Origin: a bacterium
GTDB taxonomy: Bacteria > CLD3 > SB21
Assembly (NCBI GenBank): GCA_016787925.1
Contig: JAEUSK010000175.1
Span: 1 to 60,396 of the forward strand
DNA: 60,396 bases
Direction: 5' to 3'
A program made the translations under genes and the position numbers. Positions 8,313-19,022 of the stretch are shown piece by piece (the first letter of the stretch is position 1; each line of letters opens with the position of its first letter). Under the pieces are notes generated by a model. That model saw only the letters and a program-made list of their open reading frames with translations. It did no database searches and was not told where the DNA came from.

Positions 8313-9290
8313 TTAATATGTAAATCGTATAGTAGAAAATGTGATTAGTTCATTTTGATGCAGCTTCTGTTCGAGCCTCATAGATAAACTTAGTTTAGCT
8401 GATTCCTCCCTATTCTTTCGTTTTACAGTCCAGACGGCGTCTGTCATGCTTAAAAGGTGATTGATCATAATTAGACCGGTCATTCCGCGAGCCGTGCTCA
8501 GGTATTCATTGCTCTTGATACGCATTCCTCGGTAGTCTATCATCAATGGCGTGAGGTTATTTCTTGTATACCCAGTATACGGATATGTGTTCTGATTATT
8601 TATAGCATCACTCCAGCCAAGCCCAAATTGTTCGGGATATTTGTAAATCATCTCGTAATACTGCTGACGGGAATTTTCATAAAGATGATGAACTGAAACT
8701 CCGGTGTTAGCCCCCCATTCGTTTTCAGCAGACTCCAATAATGCAAAATTAATTCCGCTGTCTTTTCGGCCTAAGTCGCCGGGTCCTATTGTAAAATTCG
8801 GATCATTTTGCAGTGACGTTTCCAAAAATTGAAGATACTTATCAACATCCCAATGATTGTCGGCAAAGTTCTCATATCTTCTCTCGAACTTCTTTCCCTT
8901 ATTTTTGTTATGAAAATAAAGCACCCATCCCGTAATTTCCAAGACTAAAAAGGAGGCGCCCTTTATCACGCTTTCCCGGCCTTTTTGGGAATAAATCTGG
9001 CCTGTGCCCGGTAGAAGTGCAGACATGCTCATGGCAAAAAAGGCAGATTTCTTTTGATGGCCTGAACCGGAATTACTCAAGTAGGATTCCTGAAAATCCG
9101 TATGCTTTTGTGATACATAAAAAGGCCGACGCAAGGAGTCAATGTGAAAGCGGTTCACATGATGGAAAGCAACAAGCGTTTTGGTTGGAACCACTTTTCC
9201 ATCTGAAGCCAAAACATCCTGCCACATCAGAAAAATAATAAGACTGTAAAGTGCTGGTTTCAATTCACCGTGGTTGATGTTTAACGTCAC
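8313..9290 (-). CDS. Hypothetical secreted/membrane protein (DUF5683-like SALLPG.GQ.Y segment)
   Basis: 325 aa ORF; possible signal peptide, SALLPGTGQIY, QQYYEMIYKY, C-terminal aromatic residue. Confidence 0.65.
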   Translation of the reverse strand: MTLNINHGELKPALYSLIIFLMWQDVLASDGKVVPTKTLVAFHHVNRFHIDSLRRPFYVSQKHTDFQESYLSNSGSGHQKKSAFFAMSMSALLPGTGQIYSQKGRESVIKGASFLVLEITGWVLYFHNKNKGKKFERRYENFADNHWDVDKYLQFLETSLQNDPNFTIGPGDLGRKDSGINFALLESAENEWGANTGVSVHHLYENSRQQYYEMIYKYPEQFGLGWSDAINNQNTYPYTGYTRNNLTPLMIDYRGMRIKSNEYLSTARGMTGLIMINHLLSMTDAVWTVKRKNREESAKLSLSMRLEQKLHQNELITFSTIRFTY

Positions 9291-9293
9291 CTT

Positions 9294-11450
9294 TTACTTC
9301 TGAATGGTCTCTTCTCTTTTCTTTTCTTCGTCTAGAATAGTTAAGTTGATAACGCTGCTTGATTCCTTTGAAGAATTCAGATCCTTAACTTTAACTTCGA
9401 GCGTCGCCACTCCGGTTGGCAATTCGCTTATGTCGAAGCCGATATATTCCTTTTCACTCGTGGATTTGCCTTCTTTTGTTGTAATAGATGAGGTGGAGGC
9501 CTCTTGTTTATTGCCAAATACTCCTGTGATCGCTTTTAGAAAACCCTGTCCGCCTTCAGACATTTTGATAGAATATGAAATTTGATACAGACTCTTTCCG
9601 TCATTATTCAATGTCAGGTTATAAATTTCATAATATACCGTTAATGGTTTATTTCTTAGAAGACCGGCGGCAGGATTAGGTACTACTTTAAGAGTTGACT
9701 TGGGTTTGACAAACTTTTCTTTTGTTATCGTGTTATCGACGTATTGTGCTATCTCTATATCGCTCACCGTGAGTGTATCTGAGGAATAATCACGAACAGA
9801 AACCACGAATTGGTATATCCCGACACGGTCTTTTTCATTATTTCTTATTTCAAGTGCGGCGACATATTTTCCGGGTGGAATTTCATTGTCGAGCTGGTCG
9901 ATATAAAAGTGAGAAGTTATCTCGTTTCCTCCCGCCGTAATATTATAATCCCGATCCAGTTTCATTATTTCATCATATTTCAGATCAAACAATGCAAAAT
10001 TAAGCTTAAGACTGGTTGAGAACTTGTTCGTCTCCGAAATACTGGGGACAAAATTCAGTTGATTAAAGGGAACGACGTAATAAAACTCTAATCTCGAATC
10101 TTTTTTGTTGCCTTTAAATGAGGCGAAATTGCAATTGATCGGCAGGTGCGGCGCACCAACGTCGAAAATGAAATTTTGTTTGTTCGTGTAACTGAGGTTC
10201 AAACTATTGTCTTGAAGATTTTGATTTGTTTGCAGAGCACCGGCTGCGCTCTGTATCCTATTCATTCGTTCCAGATATCCCACACTGGGCATGCCCGTAA
10301 CATTTTGCATTTGTTCTTCAACCCGTTGCTGTTCCACATCTGCCTGAGTCTTTATTTTTAATGCGATTTTTTGATAGTACATGTTGTAACTCGATCTCTC
10401 ATTGAATAATTCTACGATGTCCTGAACAGTGGCACTATGATCCACAGCGTCAAAAAGAGAAGTGAGTTGATAGGATCCATGAAAGTCCACAAAATCGTAG
10501 AATAGTCCGGCTCTAATGTTATCGTAAAACCAGGATTCGTTTTCTTTTATATTCTGTCGAGGTCTTCCGTAGTATACCCTGTCTGGTTTGCCAAGTTTGA
10601 TATATAGCGCTCCCCTGTCATCATACCATGGTTTGAAGGCCTTACTGTAAGCTTGTCGGGCATAATTCAGTCGCTTGTAATGCTCAATAAGACGCTGATT
10701 GACTGGGTCTATCGGATTTGGATCACGACGTTTCCAAAAAGTTTTCAAAAATACCAGTTTTTCAGTACTGGACTTTAGCGCATCCCATTGTTTCGTTTCG
10801 TCATTGGTAGCGATCTCTTTGGCGTCGATAAAGACTTTTTCAATTGCATTTACATCTCTAATGTCATTTAGTCCGCCATAAAACGCTTCGCAGGCCTCTT
10901 CATCTTTGCCAATGTCCATAAAGACCAGTGAAAGCTGGATGAGAGGAAACGTATCTTCAAGGTTTATGAGAGCGCCCTGTTTGTAGGCATCAATAGCAAG
11001 ATCATATTCTCCCATTTCACGGTAGGTTGAACCTAATTGGAGCCAAACATTAGGCAAATCAAACGCTACAAACCTGTCGTCCTTGGAAATTACCTTCTTA
11101 AATGAGGCTTCAGATTCTCTAAATTTCCCTTCAAATCTTTGCAGCATGCCTTTCAAGAAGATCCCTTCCGTATCTTCATCGTTGTTCCTAAGAATATTGG
11201 AAATATATTGAGAAGAACGCTTGAGATTATCGCCAAAAAATTTTGAAAAAATTCGAAGTGCCCCGGACATGTTTTCGTAGTTTTTTAACTCTGTCAATGC
11301 CAATCTCTTATAATAGACTGAAGAATCCTGTACATTGATTTGCGCATTACTCGCTTTTTCCCTCACAATCTCATTTGATTGAGCATCGGTTTGCGCGAAC
11401 CCGAATTGTAAAAGCAAAAATACCGCCAGGCACCAAGAAAACAAACGCAT
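9294..11450 (-). CDS. TPR + GWxTD domain-containing secreted protein
   Basis: Signal peptide, TPR-like helices, FWKRRDPNP...EHYKRLNYA...WYDDRGALYIKLGKPD, beta-rich C-terminus. Confidence 0.82.
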   Translation of the reverse strand: MRLFSWCLAVFLLLQFGFAQTDAQSNEIVREKASNAQINVQDSSVYYKRLALTELKNYENMSGALRIFSKFFGDNLKRSSQYISNILRNNDEDTEGIFLKGMLQRFEGKFRESEASFKKVISKDDRFVAFDLPNVWLQLGSTYREMGEYDLAIDAYKQGALINLEDTFPLIQLSLVFMDIGKDEEACEAFYGGLNDIRDVNAIEKVFIDAKEIATNDETKQWDALKSSTEKLVFLKTFWKRRDPNPIDPVNQRLIEHYKRLNYARQAYSKAFKPWYDDRGALYIKLGKPDRVYYGRPRQNIKENESWFYDNIRAGLFYDFVDFHGSYQLTSLFDAVDHSATVQDIVELFNERSSYNMYYQKIALKIKTQADVEQQRVEEQMQNVTGMPSVGYLERMNRIQSAAGALQTNQNLQDNSLNLSYTNKQNFIFDVGAPHLPINCNFASFKGNKKDSRLEFYYVVPFNQLNFVPSISETNKFSTSLKLNFALFDLKYDEIMKLDRDYNITAGGNEITSHFYIDQLDNEIPPGKYVAALEIRNNEKDRVGIYQFVVSVRDYSSDTLTVSDIEIAQYVDNTITKEKFVKPKSTLKVVPNPAAGLLRNKPLTVYYEIYNLTLNNDGKSLYQISYSIKMSEGGQGFLKAITGVFGNKQEASTSSITTKEGKSTSEKEYIGFDISELPTGVATLEVKVKDLNSSKESSSVINLTILDEEKKREETIQK

Positions 11451-11476
11451 AATAACTCCTTTTTTTTGACTAAAAG

Positions 11477-11505
11477 AATATAAACTTAGAATTGTAATAA
11501 AGCAA
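11477..11505 (-). promoter_or_regulatory. sigma70-type promoter of the GWxTD operon
   Basis: Minus strand TTGCTT-17 nt-TATATT. Confidence 0.5.
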
Positions 11506-11606
11506 ATAATTTTGTCACCGACGTTAAGTTCAACGATTATAATATCTTTACGATTACTTTTTTATTTGTTTCATCAAAAAAATTTGCCTTAACACCAAGT
11601 TTAAAC

Positions 11607-11635
11607 TTGATTTTTGAAATAGCATTAAATATATT
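11607..11635 (+). promoter_or_regulatory. sigma70-type promoter of the mtnA operon
   Basis: TTGATT-17 nt-TATATT. Confidence 0.5.
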
Positions 11636-11684
11636 TTCCAGATTCTTTTGATTTTGTTTTTTTTGAATTTAAAAAAGATCTGTT

Positions 11685-12707
11685 ATGATTGAAACTATTC
11701 GATGGGTTAATAATTCCATACGAATAATCGATCAAACCGAACTTCCGAGTAAAGAGGTTTACCTTAACATATCAAGAGTAGATGAACTCATAGGAGCGAT
11801 AACGAAGTTACAAGTTCGCGGCGCTCCCGCCTTGGGAATTGCCGGCGCCTACGGTATGGTTTTGGGTTTGCAGGAATTAATAACATCAAACGAATTTGTT
11901 TCCGGCAAGAAAGTAGATGAAATTGCAGCAAGTTTGATTGGAAGCCGTCCAACAGCTGTAAATTTGAAATGGGGCGTATTAAGAATTAAAGGATTGATTG
12001 ATTTGACAAAAAATAAAAAAACAAGTGAAATGATGAGCAGCATGATATCAGAGGCTCATGCAATTTTGGTGGAGGATATTGAATCTTGTGTTGCACTGGG
12101 ATTACATGGGGCTCAGCTGGTTAGTGATAAATTTTCGATCTTAACTCATTGTAACACAGGTGGACTGGCAACCGGCGGTTTCGGTACGGGTTTGGGTATT
12201 ATTGTGACGGCGCACCAGCAGCATAAGCGTATTCATGTATATGTGGATGAAACCAGGCCGCTTCTGCAAGGCGCCCGACTAACCTCATGGGAGTTAACAA
12301 AAGAAGGAATTGATCACACGATAATTGCCGATAACATGGCGGGTTATTTAATGGCTCAGAAGAAGGTGGATTGTGTCATTGTTGGCGCAGACAGAATTGC
12401 CAAGAATGGAGACGCTGCTAATAAAATCGGCACATATTCGCTGGCCGTTCTGTGTGAAAAGCACAAGGTTCCGTTTTACGTAGCAGCCCCTACTTCAACT
12501 ATTGATTCGGCGGCGAAAAACGGCAATGACATACCGATTGAAGAACGTAATCACGATGAAATCACTCATTATCATGGGAATCGCATCGCACCTGCTGGCG
12601 CCAGAGCGTATAACCCTGCATTTGACGTAACGCCGGCATCAATGATAACGGCAATCATAACGGAAAAGAAAATATATAAAGGGCCGCATTATAATTTCGC
12701 GGACTGA
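11685..12707 (+). CDS. mtnA: S-methyl-5-thioribose-1-phosphate isomerase
   Basis: VRGAPALG, SRPTAVNL, LTHCNTGGLAT, ETRPLLQGARLT, NKIGTY, NPAFDVTP. Confidence 0.95.
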   Translation: MIETIRWVNNSIRIIDQTELPSKEVYLNISRVDELIGAITKLQVRGAPALGIAGAYGMVLGLQELITSNEFVSGKKVDEIAASLIGSRPTAVNLKWGVLRIKGLIDLTKNKKTSEMMSSMISEAHAILVEDIESCVALGLHGAQLVSDKFSILTHCNTGGLATGGFGTGLGIIVTAHQQHKRIHVYVDETRPLLQGARLTSWELTKEGIDHTIIADNMAGYLMAQKKVDCVIVGADRIAKNGDAANKIGTYSLAVLCEKHKVPFYVAAPTSTIDSAAKNGNDIPIEERNHDEITHYHGNRIAPAGARAYNPAFDVTPASMITAIITEKKIYKGPHYNFAD

Positions 12708-12737
12708 TTAGTTAAAATGAATAATTCGGAGGAAATA

Positions 12738-14246
12738 ATGCATTCTTCAAGACTCAAAATATCAGTGACATTGGTCGGATTTATTACAATGTGTTTGTTG
12801 CTTTTTATGGCCGACTTGGCGGTATCCCAAAACAAAAGTCACTCAGCTGTAATTGGCGGGGTAAAAGTTAGATTCAAGAACGCGGTTAGTCAGCCGGCCG
12901 ACGCACAAAAGTACTACGAAGAATCGATCGATCTCTTATTGAAAAATAACGTCGTTAGAGATGAGCGTGAAAAAGACAAAGAAGAGACGTATTTCTATTT
13001 AGGTTCTGTCTACTACTATATGCGAGAATATAAACTGGCTTACGATGCTTTTCAAAATTCATTGAGTCACGGGAAGAAATTTCTTGAAAAAGGTGAACAT
13101 ATTACTGGCGGTATTGAATTATTTTCGATCAAGGAATGTATCAACGATATGAAATTGAAGACATTTAATCAAGGTAACAAAGCATTTAACACCGCGTTAA
13201 CTATGTCTGCCGGGGATAGCTCCCGGACACTGTATTATCAAGCCATTGATAAATATAATCTCATTCTGGCCTGGGATCCTCAGTCGGTTATTAACGGAAC
13301 CAGCTATGCAGCGACCGTATATAATTTATTGGCCAATTCTTATATTCAATTGATGAACTCTGAAAAGGACGAAGCCAACAAGAAAATTCTCCGCGAGAAG
13401 GTGTTGGAAAACTTGCTGAAATTGTCAGATGCGGACAAATCCAATCTGACGGTCATGTACAATATTTTCATCCAGTATTACGATGAGAAGAATTATGATA
13501 AATCGATTGAGTGGATAAATAAAGCGTTGACGGTTGAAACAAATGACAGTCTGGCAAAGGTTATTAAGTCCACTTTGGTGCAACAGAAGGCCTATATTTA
13601 CGACAATATTCTAGGCAAAACAGATGAGGCTTTTAAGACATATGAAGAGCTTATTAAATCGGATCCCAACAACCCAGATTGGCATTTCAATTTAGCACGC
13701 CTATATTTCGGCAAGAATCAGAATGACAAAGCCATCGAAGAACTGAAAATAGTAAAGAGACTGAAGCCGTCAGACGAAGAATCTAATTTTCAGGTTGCAG
13801 ACGAGATGTTTTTTGCCTACCAAAAGCAACGCAGTAGTGAAATTGAAAAACACGGCGGGGTTGCAAAAGCGGACATGAAGATAGTTACGGAGATCCTTAA
13901 GCCTGATATTGAGGCATGCAAAAAAAACATAATGGAAGCTATAGACGTGATGGGTAAAAACCTTGAAACATCATCTGACAGAGCGGAATCGCACTATCGC
14001 ATTGGTAAGTTTTACAATCTCCTTGCAGAATTAGAAGGAAACTTAGCCTACAATCTCGAAAACAAAGAAAAAGTTAAGCTTCAAAAGCCGTACTTTGAGA
14101 AGGCGGTAAATAGTTTGAAAGAGACAATCAAAATAAATCCAACGCACAAGAATGCGTGGCAGAATCTGTTCGTGGCATACACTAACCTGCAATTGGTTAA
14201 AGAACGTGATGAAGCCTTGAAAAAATTTAATGAGCTTGGCAAATAA
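12738..14246 (+). CDS. Secreted tetratricopeptide-repeat protein
   Basis: Signal peptide and multiple TPR-like repeats; ATG 12738 after GGAGG (track start 12717); stop overlaps the purB start. Confidence 0.75.
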   Translation: MHSSRLKISVTLVGFITMCLLLFMADLAVSQNKSHSAVIGGVKVRFKNAVSQPADAQKYYEESIDLLLKNNVVRDEREKDKEETYFYLGSVYYYMREYKLAYDAFQNSLSHGKKFLEKGEHITGGIELFSIKECINDMKLKTFNQGNKAFNTALTMSAGDSSRTLYYQAIDKYNLILAWDPQSVINGTSYAATVYNLLANSYIQLMNSEKDEANKKILREKVLENLLKLSDADKSNLTVMYNIFIQYYDEKNYDKSIEWINKALTVETNDSLAKVIKSTLVQQKAYIYDNILGKTDEAFKTYEELIKSDPNNPDWHFNLARLYFGKNQNDKAIEELKIVKRLKPSDEESNFQVADEMFFAYQKQRSSEIEKHGGVAKADMKIVTEILKPDIEACKKNIMEAIDVMGKNLETSSDRAESHYRIGKFYNLLAELEGNLAYNLENKEKVKLQKPYFEKAVNSLKETIKINPTHKNAWQNLFVAYTNLQLVKERDEALKKFNELGK

Positions 14247-15541
14247 TGATAACGAGGTATACGCGTCCTGCATTCGCAAAAATATGGTCTGACGAGAATA
14301 AATTTCAGAAATGGCTCGAGGTAGAAATCGCTGTTTGCGCGGCACAAGCTGAATTGGGTTATATTCCCCAGAGTGCTATAGATTCGATCAGGAACAAAGC
14401 CAAATTTGATACTTCTCGTGTGTTAGAAATTGAGTCTGAAGTTAAACATGACGTTATTGCATTTCTGACGAATGTAGCTGAATATGTGGGCGAAGATGCA
14501 AGATACATTCACTTAGGTATGACATCCAATGACGTTCTCGATACGTCCCTGTCATTACTTCTTCGTGAAGCTGGAGAAATTCTTGTCGCTGATTTGAGAA
14601 TGCTCCGGGATGTTGTGCGGAACCGTGCGATAGAATTCAAGTATACACCATGTATTGGAAGAACGCACGGGGTTCACGCTGAACCTATTACATTTGGTCT
14701 AAAGCTGGCGCTTTGGCATGATGAGATCGTAAGAAACTTGGTGCGTCTTGAAGAAGTTATTGACGGTATTTCGGTTATAAAGATCTCCGGAGCGGTTGGA
14801 ACTTTTCAACATTTAGATCCCCGCGTGGAAGAAAAAACAGGGCGCATGTTGGGGTTAAAGCCTGTCAACGCTACCCAAGTCGTCCCGAGAGATCTGCATG
14901 CCGATTTCTTAACGACATTAGCTGTAATCGGGGCATCGATTGAAAAATTTGCTACGGAAATTCGCAGTTTGCAACGCACGGAAATACTGGAGGCTGAAGA
15001 ATATTTTTCCAAGGGGCAAAAAGGTTCCTCCGCCATGCCGCATAAACGAAACCCAATCACGTGCGAGCGCGTAGCCGGATTAGCCCGGCTTCTGAGGTCG
15101 AATGCTATGGCTGCGCTAGAGAATGTTGCGCTCTGGCATGAGAGGGATATTACGCACTCCTCCGTTGAACGTGTTATATTGCCGGACAGCACCGTTTTGC
15201 TGGATTACATGCTAACCCAATTTACGAGTGTCATTCAAAGTCTTATAGTTTATCCTGACAACATGTTAAGAAATATTAATAAAACCCGAGGATTGATTTT
15301 CAGCCAGCCTGTTCTGTTGGCTCTAACGAGCAAGGGTATGCGTCGTGAAGACGCATATAAAGCTGTTCAGGAAAGTGCAATGTCCGTTTGGCAATCGGAA
15401 AATGAAAACTTCACAGAAGTTATTTCTAAGAACGAGATTGTCAGAAAATTACTGAGCGAACACGACCTTAGTCAGTGTTTCGACATGTCAAGAAGTTTGC
15501 AGCATATTGACTATTTATTTGAACGATCCGGAATAAAATGA
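14246..15541 (+). CDS. purB: Adenylosuccinate lyase
   Basis: KHDVIAF, GRTHGVHAEP, GSSAMPHKRNP, WHERDITHSSVER. Confidence 0.97.
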   Translation: MITRYTRPAFAKIWSDENKFQKWLEVEIAVCAAQAELGYIPQSAIDSIRNKAKFDTSRVLEIESEVKHDVIAFLTNVAEYVGEDARYIHLGMTSNDVLDTSLSLLLREAGEILVADLRMLRDVVRNRAIEFKYTPCIGRTHGVHAEPITFGLKLALWHDEIVRNLVRLEEVIDGISVIKISGAVGTFQHLDPRVEEKTGRMLGLKPVNATQVVPRDLHADFLTTLAVIGASIEKFATEIRSLQRTEILEAEEYFSKGQKGSSAMPHKRNPITCERVAGLARLLRSNAMAALENVALWHERDITHSSVERVILPDSTVLLDYMLTQFTSVIQSLIVYPDNMLRNINKTRGLIFSQPVLLALTSKGMRREDAYKAVQESAMSVWQSENENFTEVISKNEIVRKLLSEHDLSQCFDMSRSLQHIDYLFERSGIK

Positions 15542-15575
15542 ACTAAACGTTATTAAGGCATCGCAGGAGGCTACC

Positions 15576-16337
15576 TTGGAAGTCAACATTAAGAAATTAG
15601 AAAAAGAGCAGCTGTATTATGACGGCAGCATGAAAAAGCTTTACAGCACCAGCAATCCCGACTACTTGTTTATGGAATTCAAAAATGAGGTGGTTGCTAT
15701 TGACAGCAAGAAAGCTAAGAAAGTGAGGGGTAAGGGCCAAACCAATACTGAAACATCCTCATATATATTTCAATTTCTTGACAGCTATCATATCCCGACT
15801 CACTATATCGGGAAGCTCAATGAAAAATGGCTGGTAGTCCGTAAATTAGAAATGGTTCCAATCAATGTTATCGTGCGCAATGTTTCTGCTGGAACTTTTG
15901 CAAAAAATTTCAGAATGGAAGAGGGCCAGGTACTCCCCGCTCCCATTATTGAGTTTTATTTCAAGAATGAAAAGATGGGAAACCCGATGGTTAATGAATA
16001 CCATCTGTATGCTTTTGGATCTGCTAATCAGGATGAAATCAGAATGATCCAGCGTCTCTCGGCTAAAGTAAATGCAGTAATGAAAAACTTTTTTGAGCGC
16101 CGAAATTATCAACTGGTGGATATAAAATTGGAATTTGGCCGTTCTAAAGGAAAAATCTATCTTGGCGATGAAGTCACGCTTGACACATGCCGAATTTGGG
16201 ATAACGGAAATAATTCAAAGTTAGAAAAAGAGATCGCGCATGGCAAAGATAATGAAATAGGCAAAATATATAATGAAGTGAAACAACGAATTTTACATCC
16301 GCGCGCCAAGGACGAAAAACTTAATTTGGTCGGCTAA
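15576..16337 (+). CDS. purC: SAICAR synthetase-like protein (short type, degenerate active site)
   Basis: LVDIKLEFG, GDEV..DTCRIWD and overall PurC fold, but GSMK, INVIVRN, MGNPM and EKEIAH replace conserved motifs. Confidence 0.75.
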   Translation: MEVNIKKLEKEQLYYDGSMKKLYSTSNPDYLFMEFKNEVVAIDSKKAKKVRGKGQTNTETSSYIFQFLDSYHIPTHYIGKLNEKWLVVRKLEMVPINVIVRNVSAGTFAKNFRMEEGQVLPAPIIEFYFKNEKMGNPMVNEYHLYAFGSANQDEIRMIQRLSAKVNAVMKNFFERRNYQLVDIKLEFGRSKGKIYLGDEVTLDTCRIWDNGNNSKLEKEIAHGKDNEIGKIYNEVKQRILHPRAKDEKLNLVG

Positions 16338-16379
16338 GGCGTAAACGCATTTGATTTATTAACATGGAGTAAAAAGAAC

Positions 16380-17027
16380 TTGAAAATATCGAAAGAAGGA
16401 ACGGTCACGATTGTTTTAGTTAATATTTTTGTTTCGATGGTCATAATTTTTCTTATTTTTTTTGGTAATCCGGTTCTGTACTGGTTGCTTATTCCGTTAT
16501 TAATCGTAGAATTCTTGGTCGTTTATTTCTTCCGTGATCCTGAGCGTAATATTCCATTAGCCGCCGGCGTGATAGTTTCTCCGGCCGACGGGAAAGTCGT
16601 GCTGATTAAGGATGTTTATGAAGATCAGTTTTTGAAATCAGACGCTGTGCAGATCAGTATTTTTCTGTCTGTTTTCAATGTTCATGTAAATCGAATTCCC
16701 GTCAGCGGAACGATTAAGTATTTCCGTTACATGCGTGGCGCTTTTTTGGCCGCCTTTAATCACGATGCATCGGTCAAGAATGAACAAACAGTCATTGGTA
16801 TTGAAATGGGTAACGGTAAGTTATTGTTCAAACAAATAGCAGGATTGTTAGCACGCCGAATCGTGTTTGATCCAAAAGAAAACGACAGCGTAGTTGCAGG
16901 TGAGCGCTGTGGCATAATTAAATTTGGATCACGCGTTGATGTGATCGTACAGAAAAACGTTGACATAAAAATCAAGGTTGGCGACAAAGTAACCGGCGGA
17001 GAGAGCATTATCGGAGTCATTCGATAG
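16380..17027 (+). CDS. psd: Phosphatidylserine decarboxylase proenzyme
   Basis: FFRDPER, SPADGKV, IFLSVFNVHVNR, KFGSRVD self-cleavage motif. Confidence 0.93.
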   Translation: MKISKEGTVTIVLVNIFVSMVIIFLIFFGNPVLYWLLIPLLIVEFLVVYFFRDPERNIPLAAGVIVSPADGKVVLIKDVYEDQFLKSDAVQISIFLSVFNVHVNRIPVSGTIKYFRYMRGAFLAAFNHDASVKNEQTVIGIEMGNGKLLFKQIAGLLARRIVFDPKENDSVVAGERCGIIKFGSRVDVIVQKNVDIKIKVGDKVTGGESIIGVIR

Positions 17028-17057
17028 ACTTAGTCACAAAAAATTGGAGATTTCTGT

Positions 17058-17804
17058 TTGAGACCATCGCCTAAAAGACACCTTCCGTCATTGGTAACTG
17101 CATTGAATCTCTTTGCGGGATTCTTGTCAGTGGTGTACTCAATAAATGGCGATTATGTTACGGCAGCCTGGCTGATCGTTGTCGCAGCTGTCATGGACGT
17201 ACTTGACGGCAAGGTTGCGCGCCTGGTTAAGTCCAGCTCTGACTTCGGCGTAGAGCTCGATTCTTTGGCTGATGTATCTAGTTTTGGTTTTGCGCCAGCT
17301 ATTCTGATCTACCAGTCCTATTTTGCGTCATGGGGTTTTTTTGGAATATTTCTCAGTTTTTTGCCTCTTGTTTTCGGCGGGATTCGGCTTGCGCGATTTA
17401 ATACGCAGGCTACTGAACTTGGTGAAAAGGACGCGTTTTTCAAGGGTTTACCCATTCCCTCATCAGCCATTTCGCTTGTAGGATTTGTTGTTTTCGAGAA
17501 ATCTATATTTGGGGGATTCAAGCACCCGGAAATTCTCACCGGCTTGACCATCCTCGTATCCGTGTTAATGGTTAGTAAGATTCGCTATGACGCCATGCCT
17601 AATTTTTCATTTAAGCGGCAGCAAGACGTTATTAAAATCATTTTGATGATCGTCATTCTTCCCCTACTTGCGCTATTTCCATCAAAAATAATATTTCCGG
17701 GAATGATGATGTTTATCTTGAGCGGTCTATTGCGGGCACTAATTGAGCATTTTAAGAGGGCTGATGATGATGATGAAATTTCAGATATCCCTGCCGTAGA
17801 ATAA
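17058..17804 (+). CDS. pssA: CDP-diacylglycerol--serine O-phosphatidyltransferase
   Basis: DVLDGKVAR..SSDFGVELDSLAD, RLARFN, FKGLP; follows psd. Confidence 0.92.
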   Translation: MRPSPKRHLPSLVTALNLFAGFLSVVYSINGDYVTAAWLIVVAAVMDVLDGKVARLVKSSSDFGVELDSLADVSSFGFAPAILIYQSYFASWGFFGIFLSFLPLVFGGIRLARFNTQATELGEKDAFFKGLPIPSSAISLVGFVVFEKSIFGGFKHPEILTGLTILVSVLMVSKIRYDAMPNFSFKRQQDVIKIILMIVILPLLALFPSKIIFPGMMMFILSGLLRALIEHFKRADDDDEISDIPAVE

Positions 17805-17807
17805 CTC

Positions 17808-19022
17808 TTATGTCTTCTTGACAATTTTCAGAAATTTTCTTTTGCCTACCTTTAAAATCAAATCGCCATCCAGTTTCACATTTAGCCTGTCATCTGTTAT
17901 TTTTTGGCCGTTTAAGCTGACCGCGCCTTGTTGTATCTGTCTTCGGGCTTCATTTCCGGAATCAACCAGTTTCGTTAATGTTAACAATTTTACCATAGTC
18001 ATTTCGTCTGCCGTCACGCTAAAAATGGGGACGTCTTCCGGGACATCTTTCTTTTTGAAAATCAAATCAAATTCCTCTTCTGCTCTTTCGGCGGATAATT
18101 TATCATGATATAATGCAATAATTTCCATTGCCAGTTTTCGCTTAAGCAGTGAGGGATTCACCGACTTGTTTTCAAGATCCTTTTTTACTGTTTCTAATTC
18201 CGCAATCGAAATGTTTGTCGTTAACTCAAAGTATTTATATATCAAAGAGTCCGGTATAGACATGATTCTTCCGAACATCTCTTTCGGGGCATCGTCAATT
18301 CCGACATAGTTGTTCAGAGATTTGCTCATCTTCTGAACCCCATCGGTTCCTTCAAGCAAAGGCATGGTGATGATGACCTGTGGTTCCTGGCCGTATTCTT
18401 TTTGTAGGTCTCTTCCAACCAGCAAGTTAAATCGTTGGTCCGTCCCGCCCAACTCAACGTCAGACGCAAGTGCAACCGAATCCATCGCTTGGGCAAGCGG
18501 GTACAAGAATTCATGCACGCTGATGGGTTCGCTATTTCTATAGCGGTTCTGGAAATCATCACGCTCCAGCATTCGGGCAACGGTATACATACTTGCCATT
18601 TTCACCACGTCAGCAAAGGTCATTGGTGCTAGCCATTCTGAATTATATACAATTTTAGTTTTTGCAGGATCCAGAATCTTAGAAGCCTGTTCAAAATAAC
18701 TCTTGCCATTATGACGTGTTTCTTCCAACGATAAAGAAGGCCGTGTCTTGTTCTTGCCAGTCGGATCCCCTATCATACCCGTAAAGTCGCCGATCACCAA
18801 TATGGCTTCATGTCCAATGTCCTGGAATTGTCTTAATTTCCGAAGAACAACTGAGTGGCCAATGTGCAAATCCGGCCGCGACGGGTCACAACCCAATTTA
18901 ATTTTTAGAGGCTTATTTTCTTCTATTGAACGTTCCAGTTTCCTTAAGAGTTCATCTTCCGGTATGATATCAACCGTTCCGCGTCGAATTATCAGAAGTT
19001 GTTCTTCGATAGAATGAAGCAT
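17808..19022 (-). CDS. tyrS: Tyrosine--tRNA ligase
   Basis: [18 protein letters not shown]-terminal S4 domain. Confidence 0.97.
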   Translation of the reverse strand: MLHSIEEQLLIIRRGTVDIIPEDELLRKLERSIEENKPLKIKLGCDPSRPDLHIGHSVVLRKLRQFQDIGHEAILVIGDFTGMIGDPTGKNKTRPSLSLEETRHNGKSYFEQASKILDPAKTKIVYNSEWLAPMTFADVVKMASMYTVARMLERDDFQNRYRNSEPISVHEFLYPLAQAMDSVALASDVELGGTDQRFNLLVGRDLQKEYGQEPQVIITMPLLEGTDGVQKMSKSLNNYVGIDDAPKEMFGRIMSIPDSLIYKYFELTTNISIAELETVKKDLENKSVNPSLLKRKLAMEIIALYHDKLSAERAEEEFDLIFKKKDVPEDVPIFSVTADEMTMVKLLTLTKLVDSGNEARRQIQQGAVSLNGQKITDDRLNVKLDGDLILKVGKRKFLKIVKKT

